From Cycas panzhihuaensis (taxonomy: Eukaryota > Plantae > Cycadophyta): a stretch of DNA of 64,000 nt. Shown piece after piece: positions 23,077 to 37,303 of the stretch. The translations under genes and the position numbers were made by a program. Within the stretch, counting starts at the first letter, position 1, and each line of letters begins with the position of its first letter. The stretch is from the NCBI GenBank assembly GCA_023213395.1, contig CM041465.1, positions 154,635,741 through 154,699,740 on the forward strand, given 5' to 3'. A model generated the notes under the pieces. That model was given only the letters and a program-made list of their open reading frames with translations. It searched no databases and had not been told where the DNA came from.

Positions 23077-24543
23077 GATCTAAATCTCTGCCCGTTAACG
23101 AAATCACTCTGAGAACGAAGGCTACTCTAGAGAAGATTGTGAATGTTTGGCTCAGTGTAGTGCAGCCTAAAAACATTCCTCAATAGTCATCGGATGCCAC
23201 GCATATTTAGTACACCCCTTCTTAGCAGTCCGCCACTTTCAATTCGGGTGCAAAGAAACAGATCATCTGGATAGTCAAGGCTCAAACCTACGAGGAAGAA
23301 GAACAATAAGCATTGCGGATGAAGACACCTCCATAAATTGTTGTTGCCTCCAAAATCCAGACGAAGAAGCGTCGCTGCCATCATATTCTAGGTAAGGGTT
23401 TATAACCCTAACCCTAAACGTAATTTTGTTTATTTTTTCTTTTACAAAATGAGATAATCCGTTGGGTCCACTAATTTACCTTTTTCAATTTCTTTTTTTT
23501 ATTTTGATTTAATAAACCATAACCCACTCCCTTATTACATTATATTTTGATTTACTATAAATCTTAATACCTCCCTTATCACATTAATAATGTAATCTAA
23601 TCCCCTCTTATTACATTAATTTTATACCCCCCTTAATCACATTTAAAAATTAATCAAAACTCCTCTTAATTAATCTTACACTTTTAATTAATCTAGCATG
23701 TAAAATTAATCCAAAACTCCCTTAAGTATCAATTGACTTATAACTTAAAACTTTTTTTTATTAACTTTTAGTACTTAAATTTAATAACTTTGATTTATTA
23801 ATCTAAATCAATCCTTTCATTAAGTTAATGTTTTCATATTTCTTTTTTAATTCCTTTTTTTTTTTTTTGATTATTATAATAAGCCCTTTCAATTTCACTT
23901 AGTCTCTATCTTGCTTAAGAAATTTTTATGAATAATAAAGTATGTGATCTCACTACTTCAATGCATCTTAACTTTTAATTTGGTTATGGACAAATTATAA
24001 GTTTTTTTTTATTACCCACATTTAAGGGTTAGATTCTAAGTTTTTTAATTCATTAATTATTGTCTTGTTACCTTTGTGCTTAAGTTAGGTTTCTATTAAA
24101 TAATTAGTAAAATATTATCACTTTAACATAAAATAACTTTTTACCCAAGTATAAATATTTTATTAAATTTGGTTAGTAGTTGAGGGTGCCTTTTTCATAT
24201 GCACACACTAAATTTCAGAGTTAAATTTCCTAAAAAAAGTTTTTACATACCTACTTATAGTCACAATTCTCCACTCATTAAAATATTTTGTAAAATAGTT
24301 GGCAAGTAACAATCTTATAACCCTTAAGGGGACTCTAAGAAGTTGTTTATTTGTTCAAATCAAGGGAAACCATCTGTTTGAAAATAATGTGATTTTTTTA
24401 AGTTCAAGTAATGCATACTACAATGCTTCATTGAATTATGCCTATTAAAATATTAATCTAATGATTAGTACTTTTAGTAAGTGATTATTTTTTCAACCAC
24501 CTTCATATTCTTTAATCTTCAATCAAATCTTATAACTCTCAAT

Positions 24544-27500
24544 ATGGCATTAATGCCAGGGACAACCACCTGCGTTCCAATTCTAGTGTTAACTGGCTCA
24601 AATTATGCCGACTAGAGGAATCACATATCCCATCAGCTCAAACAGCAAAAGATATGGCGATATGTGACAGGTGAATTTAAAAAGCCAAAAGAAGATGCTG
24701 CAGAGAGTTATATGGTATATCTGATGAACTCATATGCAGCCTTAGGCACCATATTAAACTCACTCTCACTAGAAATCAGTCGACAGTTTTCTGAAATAGA
24801 TGACTTGGCCACTGTCTCAAAAACCTTGCAAGAAAAATATAATAAGGTCGATACACATCAAGTGGCTGTCCTAGAATAGCAATTGTATGACCTTACTTTT
24901 GATGATTTTTCTAATGTTGAGGATGTTTTAAGTAAAATTTAATTAATTAATAAAGATTTAGGTAACTTCGTCAAATCTAAAACTAAAGAAGGTGATACTA
25001 AAAAAATAATCACGCATGTTAAAGACGACGATACGCTCATATGTCTTGCAGTAAACAAATTACCAAAACACTTTAATCTCTACAAAACTGTTAGACAACA
25101 AGCTGGCGATCCTCTTATAACATTCATTCAGTTGACAAACCAACTGATTGAACATCAGATAATGTTAATTCAAATAGGCACATTAAAGGATCCTCCATAG
25201 GTTTTATTTTCCAAAACTAAGCCACAATTTAAAAATAAACAGAATAATTTTCATAGTAATCTAAAATTTTAGAAACTTCATAGAGGTTCACCATTTAATT
25301 CACAAAACAATATTAAGTATTCTGGTCCATCTAAAAACTAGAATATTTCTAATCAGTTATTTTATAATAGGAATAATGTCACTCCTTCTTAGAACATTAG
25401 TTGTGCTTATTGTCATAAAAGATGCCACACTATTGATGTCTGCAGAAGTAGAATAACTTTAGAAGCATAGAAAGCTTCCAAGGGATTGCAAAGTTGACCT
25501 CAATCTCATCCTCAATCCCATTCTCAATCACAACCTCAAAATCGACAAACTCATAATCGTTCTTTAGCAATAATAACTTCTGCGTTTGTTGCCCCTACAA
25601 ATCAACCACCATAGTGGATCCTTGACTCTAGTGCATTCCATCACATGACTGGACACCAGAAACATTTAACCACTTATCAATTCGAAACGAACTCTTAAGA
25701 AGAGATTTCTTTCGAAAGTGGTACTCAGCTTAAAGTCAAAGGATCTGGTGATGTTACCTTAAAAGATGGTTCAATCAAGGACATCTTTTACGTACCTAAT
25801 TTGTTACCAAACCTACTCTCTGTTTATCAAATCTGCTAGAAAGATCTTATTGTCGAATTCTGGAAAAATAAATTTATCATTAAGGAACCATTAAACAAAT
25901 TTAGACGTATTGTCTCAAGATCTATTGATCATAACATATGTCTCTATAGTCTAATAAGTCTAAAAAATAACAAAACAAAATCTTTTAGTACATTTATTAC
26001 CAAATCTGACTTAGTCAATAAACTTTGGCATGCACAATTTGGCCATACAAGTTATGGAAAACTGCAATATTTAAAGAATCATGAAATGGTTCATGGTCTT
26101 CCACCCTTAAACACTTTTTACAGTGTTTGTGAAGCCTGTGTGACAGGTAAACAACACATGGATCCATTTCCACATAAAAATTAATTTAGAGCAACTGCTC
26201 CACTTGAACTTATCCACTCTGACATATGTGGACCCTTTCATGTAACATCATACTAAGGTTCTCGTAATTTTGTTACATTTATAGATAATTATTCAAGAAA
26301 ATATTAGGTTTACATGCTCAAAACACGTAGTCAAGTGTTTGACATTTTCGTTGAATATAAAACGTTAGTTGAAAATCAATCAAATTCAAGAATCAAAATA
26401 TTTCAATCTGATAATGCAAAGGAATATTTAAGTAGAAAATTTACTTCTTTCTGTAAATCACATGGAATTTGGTTACAGCATTCCATTGCATACATACCTC
26501 AACAAAACGGTGTTGCTAAACGTAAAACCTGTACTCTTGTTGAGATGACTCGTTGCATGTTACATGCAAAGAATCTAGATCTAAAATTATGGGCAGAAGC
26601 AATTAACTGCTCTAACTATTTATTAAATTATTTACTTAGTAAATATCTACAAAATATTACTCCAAAACAAAAATGGTCTAAAAGAAAACCATCTGTCAAT
26701 TATTTATGAATCTTTGGTAGTATTACATGGAGACACATCCCAAAAAAAAAACGTAAAAAATTATACCCAAAAAGTCAAAAATACATCTTCGTTTGATACA
26801 TCGAAGAGAGTAAAGTTTATAGACTCTTAGATCCAGTCACACATCAAATTTCTATTTTGCGTGACGTAATATTTGATGAAGAAGGATCTTCTTCAATATC
26901 TACTTATGTAGAACTTCCCGTTGAAAATTTGTTAACCAACACTTATTTAGTTAACCCCTCTGATAAACATGCTGATCCGGAAGTTATAGGATCCTTATCA
27001 ACTCAAATCTAAAATTAGACTCTATCCAAACCTACTGAAATAGATCCTTCCCTTCAAGCTAGTTCATCAAATCAACCTATACCTTTAGAAATAATTCCTA
27101 ACAAGCAACCTGTTTGGGCAACGAAAATGCTCGCTGATGCTGAATCTAATGTAGGTAATGCTACTGATACTAGGTGCATATATACCTAAAAACTCCATGC
27201 TAATTTTACCTTAATGGAAAAAATAATGGACAATAATGATCCCAGAACATTTAAACAAGCTAGCAACAATCCTGTATGGCAGGACGCTATGCAGACTGAA
27301 TTTAATGCTTTAATTAAAAATTTCACTTGGGATCTCGTTCCTCTCTCACCTAGGAAAAATGTAATCGACTGTAAATGGGTCTATAGGACAAAATATAATT
27401 CAATAAGCATAATTGAAAATATAAAGCTCGCATAGTTGCAAAAGGTTTTTCATAAATAAATGACATTGATTATAACGAAACCTTTGCCCCTGTTGTAAAG

Positions 27501-28780
27501 ATGAATACAATCAAAATAATTATTGCTCTAACAGCCAAATTTGGTTGGGAAATCCACTAAATAGATGTTAAGAGTGCTTTCTTGAACGGTAATCTTAATG
27601 TAGAGATCTACATATCTCAGCCACCCAACTTTATTAAAAAATTTAATTTAGTTTAGAAACTTAAGAAATCCATTTATGGTTTAAAACAAGCTCCTCGAGC
27701 TTGGTATACCAAAGTAGATGATTATTTAATTCATATTAGATACACTAGATGCATTAGTGATCTAAATTTTTATTTTAAATGTGAAAATAAAAATCTTACT
27801 ATTCTAATCCTCTATGTTGATGATATTATCATTACTGGATCATTAACTAATCATATTCATTATTTAAAATCTACTTTAATGAATAAATTTGAAATGACTG
27901 ATTCAGGTCTACTACATTACTTTCTTGGTCTACAAATTTGTCAACATCATTCAAACATAGCTATATCTCAATCTAAGTATATTCTGGACTTAATTCAGCA
28001 GTTTAACATGGAAAATGCTAAACCCGTATCTAATCTGTTATAATTAGGAGTCAAACTATCTATTGATTGTTCATCACCTTTATGTGACCCTATATTATAT
28101 AAACATCTAATTGGTAGTCTTATCTATCTAACTCACACCTGCCCTGACATTTCCTATATTATCGTTTTATGTTCCCATTATATGTAATAACCATACAAAT
28201 CTCATTGGAAAGCAGCTAAACGTATCTTAGGATATCTAAAACATACTATTTTTTATGGTTTAACTTATAATTTTTGCAATAAATCTCTAACTCTAATTAG
28301 ATATACTGATTATGATTGGGCAGATGATATAAATGATCACAAATCTACTTCAGGTTATGTATTTTTTATAGATTTCCCATCTATTACTTGGTCTAGTAAG
28401 AAAATGTAGGCACTTACTTTATCAACAACTGAAGCTGAATATCGTGCACTTGTTGAAGCTGGTAAAGAACCACTTTGGCTCAAATCTTTACTAAATGAAA
28501 TTGGTCTATCTCTAAACTTTTCCATTGAACTTAAAGTTGATAATCAAGTTGCAATTGCTATAGCTACAAATCCAGTTTCATATTCTAGGACTAAACATAT
28601 TAAATTATATCAGCATTTTATTTGTAATTTAGTTACTGATAATCTTGTTTCCTTGTCTTATTGTCCAACAGATCTACAGATTGCTGACATTCTTATGAAG
28701 TCTTTAACTGAAGTAAAGTTTCTAAATCTCAGAGATCTGTTGCAGATAAAAGAAGTCTCCATCAAAGGGGGATCACCATG
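24544..28780 (+). pseudogene. Copia gag-pol (gag-PR-IN-RT-RH), moderately decayed
   Basis: MALMPG..LTGSNYAD. Zn knuckle CAYCHKRCHTIDVC (~25402). WILDSSAFHHMTG (~25615). LWHAQFGH / CEACVTGK. PQQNGVAK. LYVDDII (~27810). ADILMK (~28683). Confidence 0.92.
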
Positions 28781-30804
28781 ATGAAGACCTTCTTTTTCAA
28801 TAGCATAAAAGTTTACATTAAAGGGGGATGTTAGGAATATTAATGTAATCTTTATGTTCTTTTTAAAGTTTATATTTAAGTCACATGTCTAAATGTGTAT
28901 TTAACTTTAATGTTCATTAATTATCTTATGTGAAAGGTGGTTGAAATACGAAACTACGTTTCAGCGAATATTTCTTTGTATAAATTTATCTCCTATTTTC
29001 AAGGAGATGGTTCCGAGAATCTAGGAGGGCTGTCTAAATGTCTTTTACAAGGCTAGTCTAGTGGTTAGGTGGTTTATATATTTGGTCTGCTATTTTTCAA
29101 AGTTCCTTAATAAAACTACAAATTTAGGAGGTGGTTTTTCTTCCCTAAAAGGGGTTTTCCACCTGTCAAACCGGTGTTCATGTGTAGTATTATCTTGTTA
29201 CTTGTGTTTGCTTATTTTGTGATCCTGTTATGACATTGTGCATGTGCCAATATTTCTACAAATTTGATTAGCTTTTAAATCCTTTTTTAATTTATATGTA
29301 AAATTTTATTTTTATTGAAATATAGATATAATTTTTTATAACAAAATTGACTTCAGCTAAATAATTAAATTAAGTATTTTAACAACTACCCATTTAGTCT
29401 ATAACATAAACCAATATGTAATAGTTAATGTCCATTGATGGGATTTTCATGATGCTTCTAATCATTTTAATAAATGGCATGTTTGTTTGATTGATGATCA
29501 TCTTAAAGATAATCTTCATCTCCTTAGTTTGCTTTGGGATTTCTAGTTCTTCTTTTAAATGACATATGTTTTTATATAATATTTACTTACATTAATATGT
29601 TCTTATATAATATGGCCTTCTATCAAGAAGTGTTATGAGTTGTCAATGATTTATAAATAATCTACTCATACTTTAAAGTTGTAATATCTAAATCTAAGGA
29701 AATTATTACATAAATAAAAAACATTAATTTATTAGAATAATCTTTCTTTGCATAGAGATTAAAAATCGCCTATATAATAATGTGCTTATCTAGCTATTTA
29801 ACTAGTAAAGAAAGTAACACCCCCTTAACATTTAAATGGAATCTTTAGAGGTGAGGATATATAAGTCTAACTTTCTAAGTTTAATGAGTAAAGACTCTTA
29901 AGATTTAGATAATGATGATTCAAAGGCATAATGACAATGGATGACTAAACATATAAGTTAGAATAGTGAAATTTTGGTTAGATGGATATTATTAAATAAG
30001 AAAATAATATAATAAATGTTAGATGACTATTATAAAGTAGTATATATATGGCGATGTTAAGGGAAGAAAAAGTGAAAGATCATTAATAGATTGTTGTAAA
30101 TGGCAAAGATTGATACCTTGATATTAATCATCTATAGATTATAATAATCCTCTATCTCCTACAACTCGGGATAGTCACAGTTATTATACCAAAAGGCAAG
30201 TGAAGGTACATGCTTCATTTTTTTAATTTAATTATGGATTAGTTTAATTTAGTATTTACTTTTCATAACTATGTACTAATACTTGGCTATTGTTCTAGCC
30301 AATACATGTGTAAGTGTTGGGTCAATGATGATTTTGACTATGGTTAGTGGTTATAAAAGCTATCCACTTGAGCTTGATGATACATCTTACCCTTCTTTTA
30401 CTTTTATTTGTACTATTTTTCTACCAAGTTTACTCTTTTTTGATATTGTTTTCATTAAAACCATGCATTTGCTCCCATCCTATTATGATTTTGATTTATA
30501 TATCTTTGATTTTTATTCATCCTATTTTGATTTTTATCTATACTTCCATGATTCCTATTTGTTTTTCACTCTTTAAATCTTCATAGTAGCACAAAAATAA
30601 AACTTTATAGAATAATGGTAAAATTTACAAGATGAATATTTTCACTTCCAAATTTTTTAAACTTATGGTTTGTTATGTATTTATGGAATCTAAACATGGG
30701 TTATCCATCAAATCTCATCAAAATTATAGATAACCCATATATTTTAAACTAAACCATGGGCCAATTAATGCTCTAACACTAATTAGCACCAATATAATGG
30801 GCAA

Positions 30805-33513
30805 TTTGGCAGTTACTAGAAATGATAAAGTGAAGTTATTTCACTTCTAATTTAGTTGATAAGATTTATTCTGATCTTGTTAGTGGTCTTATTTCCTTTA
30901 TATGAGATAATGTTTTGTAAGAAAGTGATAGTGCAACCTCCTCCATGAGATGGCATAATAAGAAATAAGAAAATTAAGTATTTTTTAGGACATATCTATA
31001 GGTCATTTTTAGAGGAGATATAGTTGCATTTTTAAGGATTTTGTTAATTAATCATAAAATAGACGTATAAAATATGAGAAGGAGACATGTCAATTAAGGT
31101 TGGTATAATGTGATACACGAAATAATACTTAGGCCTATGATGGAAATAGTAAACAAAAACTTTTATTACTATAGAAATTAATATGTTAAGATACCTTATC
31201 CAAAAGTTCCCTACTATCTTAGAAAATATTTATCAAAATCTATAATTTAATAATAACACCATAAACCATAATTTAGTTTAGTTTATTATAGAATGGGATT
31301 TTACAAAGCTTTAAGATGATGCAAAGGATGGGATTCATGCATGAAATTTTATGACCTAAGAAATTTTGAGTCATATTAACATTATTTAGAGATCTTACGT
31401 GCCTTGATTATCATTCTTGATATGGGTTTCATCCACCATTACTCAGGACTATGATTAACTAAAAGATAGAGAATGGGAATAAAAGTAAGCACTCCTCCTC
31501 CTATTATCGATAACTTAAATGACAAAGGTGGTGATATAATAACAATAGTTGTAGTTAATAGTGGTGGTTGGGAATCCCCTACATTAACTCCCATAATTAT
31601 CCCACACATTCACTAGAACCCCTCTTCAAATATCCCCATGATCTTGAAAGGATACATATCCCTTATAGGTGTTGCTTTTCCATTTTTAATATAAGTTGGT
31701 TGTTGTTCCAAATTTTAATGACCTTTTGTTAATAAATTTAAAAAGATTTATAAAATTAACATTGTTTACGATTCTTAGTTAGATAGTTTGATTAGTCTTT
31801 GAATTCTTTTTTAATCATTGTATAAAATTTTATCTTTATTAAAATATAGATGTAATATTCTACAACAAAAATGACTTCAACCAAATAATTAAATACCCAT
31901 CTAGTCTATAGCCTAAACCAATATGTAATAACTAATGTCCACTGATGGGATTTTCATAATGCTTCTAGTCATTTTGATAATTAGCATGTTTATTTAATTG
32001 ATAATCATCTTAGAGACAATCTTCATCCCCTTAGTTTGATTTGGGATTTGTAGTTCTTCTTTTACACTTTTTTTTTTTTTATGATAGATGTTCTTACATA
32101 GCATTTACTTATATTTTATAGACCTCTTTATGTTTATTTATTATGTAATTCTTATATGAGGTATAAATGTTAAAAATGATTATATTAGATATCAACTAAG
32201 GTTTTCCAAAGAGATTTATAAATCCACATTAGACCCAATGAACTCATTTCTTCCAACAAAATTTTAAGTACAATTTTATACTAGAATATGGTCTTCTATT
32301 AAGAAGTGTTATGAATTATCAATGATTTATAAGCAATATACTCATAATGTAAAGTTTTGATATATAAATCTAAAGAAATTATTATAAAAATAAAAACATT
32401 AATTTATTAAAACAATCTTTCTTTCCATAAAGATTAAGCATTGGCTCTATAATAGTGTACTTATCTAGTTGTTTAACTAGTAAAGAGAGTAAACCCCCTT
32501 TAATATTTAAATGGAATCTTTAAAGGTGATGATGTATTAGTCCAACTGCCCAAGTTTAATGAGTAAAGGCTCTTGAGATTAAGATAATGATGATTCAAAG
32601 GCACAATGACAAATGATAACTAAATGTATATGTTAGAATAGAGAAATCTTTGTTAGATGGATGTTATTAAATAAGAAAACAATATAACAAATACTAGATA
32701 TCTATTATAAAGTAGTATATATGTGGTAGTATTAAGGGAAAAAAGATGAAGAAAATCATCAATAGATTACTATAAATGGGAAAGACTAATACATTGATAT
32801 CAGTCATCTATAGATTGAAATAACCCTCTATCCCTTGCAACTTGGGAAAGTCACAATCATTGCATTAATAGGTAAGTGAAGGCATATGCTTTATATGTTT
32901 ATTTTAGTTTAAGCTTCGTTTAGTTTAGTTTTCAGTTTTTATAAGCATGTGTTAATGTTTACTTCTTATTCTAATTGATTTGTATATGAGTACTCAATCA
33001 ACGATGATTCTAACCATGGTTAGTGGTTATAAAAGTTATCCATTTGAGCCTCATGTATTAAAGAAAGGTATTTTAGTACCTCTACAAACACTTCTCACCC
33101 TTTTTCTTTTTTTGTTTCTAGTATTGCCTTATTAACCTTACACTTTTGTAATATTTTTTTCATTAAGACTATGCATTTGTCCCCATCCCATTATGATTTC
33201 TATCTATTTATGTTTGATTTTTGTTCATCTTATCTTGATTTTTATCTATACTATGTTGATTCCTATTTATTTTTAACTCTTCAAATCTTCATAGTACCAT
33301 AAAAATAGAACTTTGTAGTATCATAGTAAATTTTATAAGATGAATATTTTCCCTTCTAATTTTTTTAACGTATGGTTGGTCATGTATTTATAGCATCTAA
33401 TGATGGGCTATCCATCAAATCTCATCAAAATGATGAGTTCTTCATAGGTCTTAATCCAAACCATAGGCCAATTAATTTTCTAACAGTAATTATCACTTAA
33501 ATAATAAGTAATT
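30805..33513. repeat. Tandem duplication copy B (uninterrupted, ~2.7 kb)
   Basis: Directly follows copy A at the junction aattt/ggcag. Contains segments (~31440-31650, ~32110-32285) missing from copy A. Confidence 0.9.
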
Positions 33514-35773
33514 TACCTATGGTTTTCTGGTAAACTATGGGTACAAAACCATGGGCCTTGCCCCTTTCATTTTGTATTTAAGCCCCTCTCATTTGAGCAA
33601 ATTGGATGCAACAAATTTATAATATTATACTATTACAATGTTGTTGAAAAATCTATAAACTTCCACTTGCTTTTTAATTTATGTATTGGCTTCCACCTTT
33701 GGCTTAGTGATTAGAGACTAGTAGCTATTAGAAACTTCTTTTATTAGAGTTGCATGTCACAGGCATCCCTCCTTCATTAAGAATTAGGGAAACACTCCCC
33801 ATACTATTAGATTTTCCATTTTTCTTATAATTGTTATTTGTTTTGTTTTTAGATTTTAAATCATTTTATGCTTCTCTTTTATGTAGGTTTTATTGAATCC
33901 TTTACATGTTTCACTTCTCCATCATATGAGTATCTTATAAGGAGAATAAAGTCTTAACATTGTCTATTAAGCTGAGAAAGTACTGGTAATGTTACCAATT
34001 TTGAGGTTGTACTTATATTAGCTTGTCAGTCTATAGTACCTTTTAGTTGATAAATTTTTAAATTTTATTATATATACCAATCTAATAGGTGGAGTACTCT
34101 AACTTATTACTATATAGGTTGGAGGCTTTTGAAGCAAATTGGAGACCCTTATTTTTGCCCCACTCTTCCCACTAACATAAAGTGCTTATTGCATAGTTGA
34201 CATACTGCCCAAAATTTTCCAACTTCATAAAAAAGGTATGACCTAAAAAGTATGATTCAAACTCATTTTCATATAATCTGAATTATTATTTTTTTTCCAT
34301 CATAACTCAATTTGACAATGGAAACATAATTATTTTTTTCTAAAAATTTATGAATTAATATATGCAACTTACTTGAATTTGAGTTGATTAATAGTTTGGA
34401 GTTCATGGGGTTTTACATGCTTTAAAAAGTTTGTAGGAATATTTTGAGTGAATTCCATTGTTTTTTGTAGAACCCTCCTTTCATAGGTTTCACTTTGAAA
34501 GAAAAAGACTTAAAATTGCATGTTTTAAATTCCCTACTCTTGTTTGAAAAGAAAGAGGGAAATGAACATGTTGTTTGTTTATTTATCATATCTAGTTACT
34601 TCTCCTCACCTCATATGTAGTTAGTTTTATTTTCAAATGAAAAAAAGCAAAAGAGAATTAAAGAAAGAAAAAGAAAAAAAAAAAAGAAAGAACATTATAT
34701 TTCATTGCATTATATTACATGTTTGCTTATCTTTGTATGTGCTTAGTGAAAGTCAAAATAGAGTAAAGATTCACATTTGTTATAAGCCCTTAAATCTATG
34801 GGGCCAAAAGACTTTATTTTGAGCTAATTCTCTATTATTTGCATATAATCAAAAGTGTAGGGTAAGTGCATTATTAGGTGTGTTATTTGGTTTTTTAGCT
34901 TGAATAAGGTTAGGGTATATTCTTCTACCAAAAATTGGGGACAAGTGCCTTTTTCTTGAATTTTATTACCAAATAAGATAGGTGGTCTTATGCCTTTAGA
35001 TGGATCAAGCCTTCTAATGTGTTTTAAATAGGCTAAAGAGAGGCATCTATCTTTACCGTGTATTAATGCATAGGCTGTTGATAGCCAAATGAATCTCATT
35101 TATTTCATTAAGATCGATGACTTCTTTCTATTTCTCCTCTTAGAGTTTGAAGTTTGTTGGAGTTAGATGCTGATATTGTGGGGTTATCTCACACTTATAT
35201 GAGTTAGATCATCAATATTGATGAGTTTCCACTAACTTACCCATAAGTTGATCTATCCTATGGCCTTGACTCCTTCAAACATCTTGCTGTGGTAAGTCCT
35301 TTCAATTTTTATTCTAGATTAAGTCTATCAATTTAGGGTTATTTAGGAGTCAAGTTTAAATAGGTCAGTCAGTCTTAGGGGGGTTAATTGAGTAGGATAA
35401 GCATGTAGAAGTGATTGTATTTAGGTGCATATGCCCAAATGACACCCTTATACTATGGGAGCCTCTTTTGAGTATTATTTGATTCTTCCAAGGATGCTTA
35501 CTAATTAATAGATTTATTTTATCTTAAATCTTTTAGTTAGTTTACATTTCACTCTTTTATTTATTCATGCATTACTTTCTCATCTACTTGTATACATCAT
35601 TTACTTAATTAGATAGATTTTCTTTCAACTTCTTTTTAGGTCTTTATTCTTTTAGCAGATTACACACACTTATATGTTGCCCTTACTAGCTCATAATATA
35701 TTGGTCTTTTATTTTAGCACAAGTGTACAAGTGATGCATGAGCACCCCTATGTGGTCATAGCAATTGTTCTAT

Positions 35774-35792
35774 TAGCAACCACATTAGGGAC
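35774..35792 (+). other. Degenerate tRNA-Arg-type PBS of Ogre/Tat element
   Basis: Differs from tggcgaccacgctggggac only by G>A/C>T changes. Lies upstream of gag. Confidence 0.55.
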
Positions 35793-37303
35793 TCACTCAT
35801 TGGATTTTAACAAAAATTACATTATTGGTACCCTTTATTTATTCCATTCAAGCTCTTAACTTCAGGGTGAGACTCGTGTAAGTTTGTAGCCCACCCATGT
35901 AAGCATCCCTCACATTGCTTTTATAACTTCAGAGTTCTAGTATACATAAAGTTTCATATTAACTTTCACTTTTCTCATTTGTCTCTTGCATGCCATGATT
36001 TTATTGTTACATTAGAGGCCTACCTCCTTTAGATCTAAACTCTATGATCTAATCTAACCCATCACCTATTAACTAATCCTCAATGGTAAGATAACTTCTA
36101 CATGAGTGGTTGATAGATCCATTTTAGGTATAACCACCTTATCATGTCAAATTGCCCTATCAAATATAAAACCCTTATCAGATACAAGATCCCTACTAAG
36201 CCTATACTCTATATTAGTCCCATATGATCAACTCGTGTGGTTCATAAGTACCCTACTAAGAGGGAATGGACCTTACTTACCCACCTTATAAAGTGGGCAC
36301 TTTCTATCAAAATCCCATAAGATCCCCTTCCCACATTATTAGAGTTGTTTAGCCTTATAACCCTTCTTAAGTTATTAATTCTTTAACTTAAGCCTTTTCC
36401 TTTTATTAGACTCAAGCAGGTGAATAAGGTCCTAATCCATACCAAATATAGGAAACACAGTGGGGTATTATAGTTAGCCTTGTATCTTAGATCCAAATAG
36501 TTGTAGGAGAGACCACTCTTGCTTAGGCCTATCACATGTTTGGAACCACCTTTGGCCTAATTCCATTTAGTTCCCAACCCTAATAATAAGTAGTCTTATA
36601 CTAGCAAACTACTTAATAACCCATAGCCTCATCTACACCTCAACCTACCTAAGCCCCACCGATAATAACCCTATGTGTGGGTCTCGCTTTATTAGCATGT
36701 CCCATACCTACCTAACCAATTCCTTAATCCATCCTACTTATTCCCTTAATAAGTGGGCTCCACACATCTATTACATAAGCAATAATAGCTTAGTCCAATC
36801 CTTCTATTCCTCTAGTTATATCTCACCCTTAATCAATAATAACTTGGGGGATGCTTGATCCTCCCACGTGTTCTTTCTAACCTATTTAACATACTCTCCC
36901 AACTTATGTAGTCTATTATTGTCCTACCTAAGAATATTACTTTGTAACATCGGTAAGATGGGCTCTTCCCCTAACTTTCCTTCAAAGTTAACCCTCTCTA
37001 ATTGTATGGTTCATCCCTTTAATTATAAGTCTATATGGGCACAATCCCATCTAACATCCCTCATTCTATTTTATTCCACCCTATCAAGTTGAATCTATAG
37101 GTGCCCAAACGTATCCTCCACCTTACCAACCTCTTAGACCTCAATCTATACCTACTTATTAAGTGCCACCTACCTAGTTCTATTAAACCCAACCTAGTCC
37201 TATGCTTACTCCATCTTATATGGCCATTTATTAAGGAGCAATTACATAGGCTGATGTTTAATATTAGCCCCTCCTTCTAGTACTTCATCCTATGGAGGAC
37301 TTG

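Larger units (their letters stand above)
21933..29260 (+). mobile_element. Full-length Ty1/Copia LTR retrotransposon with ~2.2-kb 5' leader
   Basis: LTRs 21933..22356 (first ~25 bp lost) and 28829..29260 (TG..CA). TSD aattt (21928-21932 / 29261-29265). PBS tggtctcatagc (22357-22368). PPT aaaggggga (28820-28828). Empty site visible in copy B (~31775-31795). Confidence 0.93.
21139..30806. repeat. Tandem duplication copy A (split by the Copia at 21933..29260)
   Basis: 21139..21932 plus 29261..30806 align colinearly with 30805..33513 (e.g. gtgcaacctc..ccatgagatggcataataagaaataagaaaattaag; atggttagtggttataaaag). Confidence 0.9.

Noticed and set aside
30283-30586. Hydrophobic F/I/L-rich ORFs here and similar short ORFs elsewhere (e.g. 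11005..11259, 34637..34822, 44000..44185)
   Set aside because: Expected by chance from T-rich or A-rich low-complexity TE sequence, with no domain signatures.
33900-34470. Exact 5' end of the Ogre/Tat LTR, and the idea that it is shared with an upstream element
   Set aside because: Several candidate starts (~34140, 34466) and no second LTR or convincing PPT/TSD in the window.
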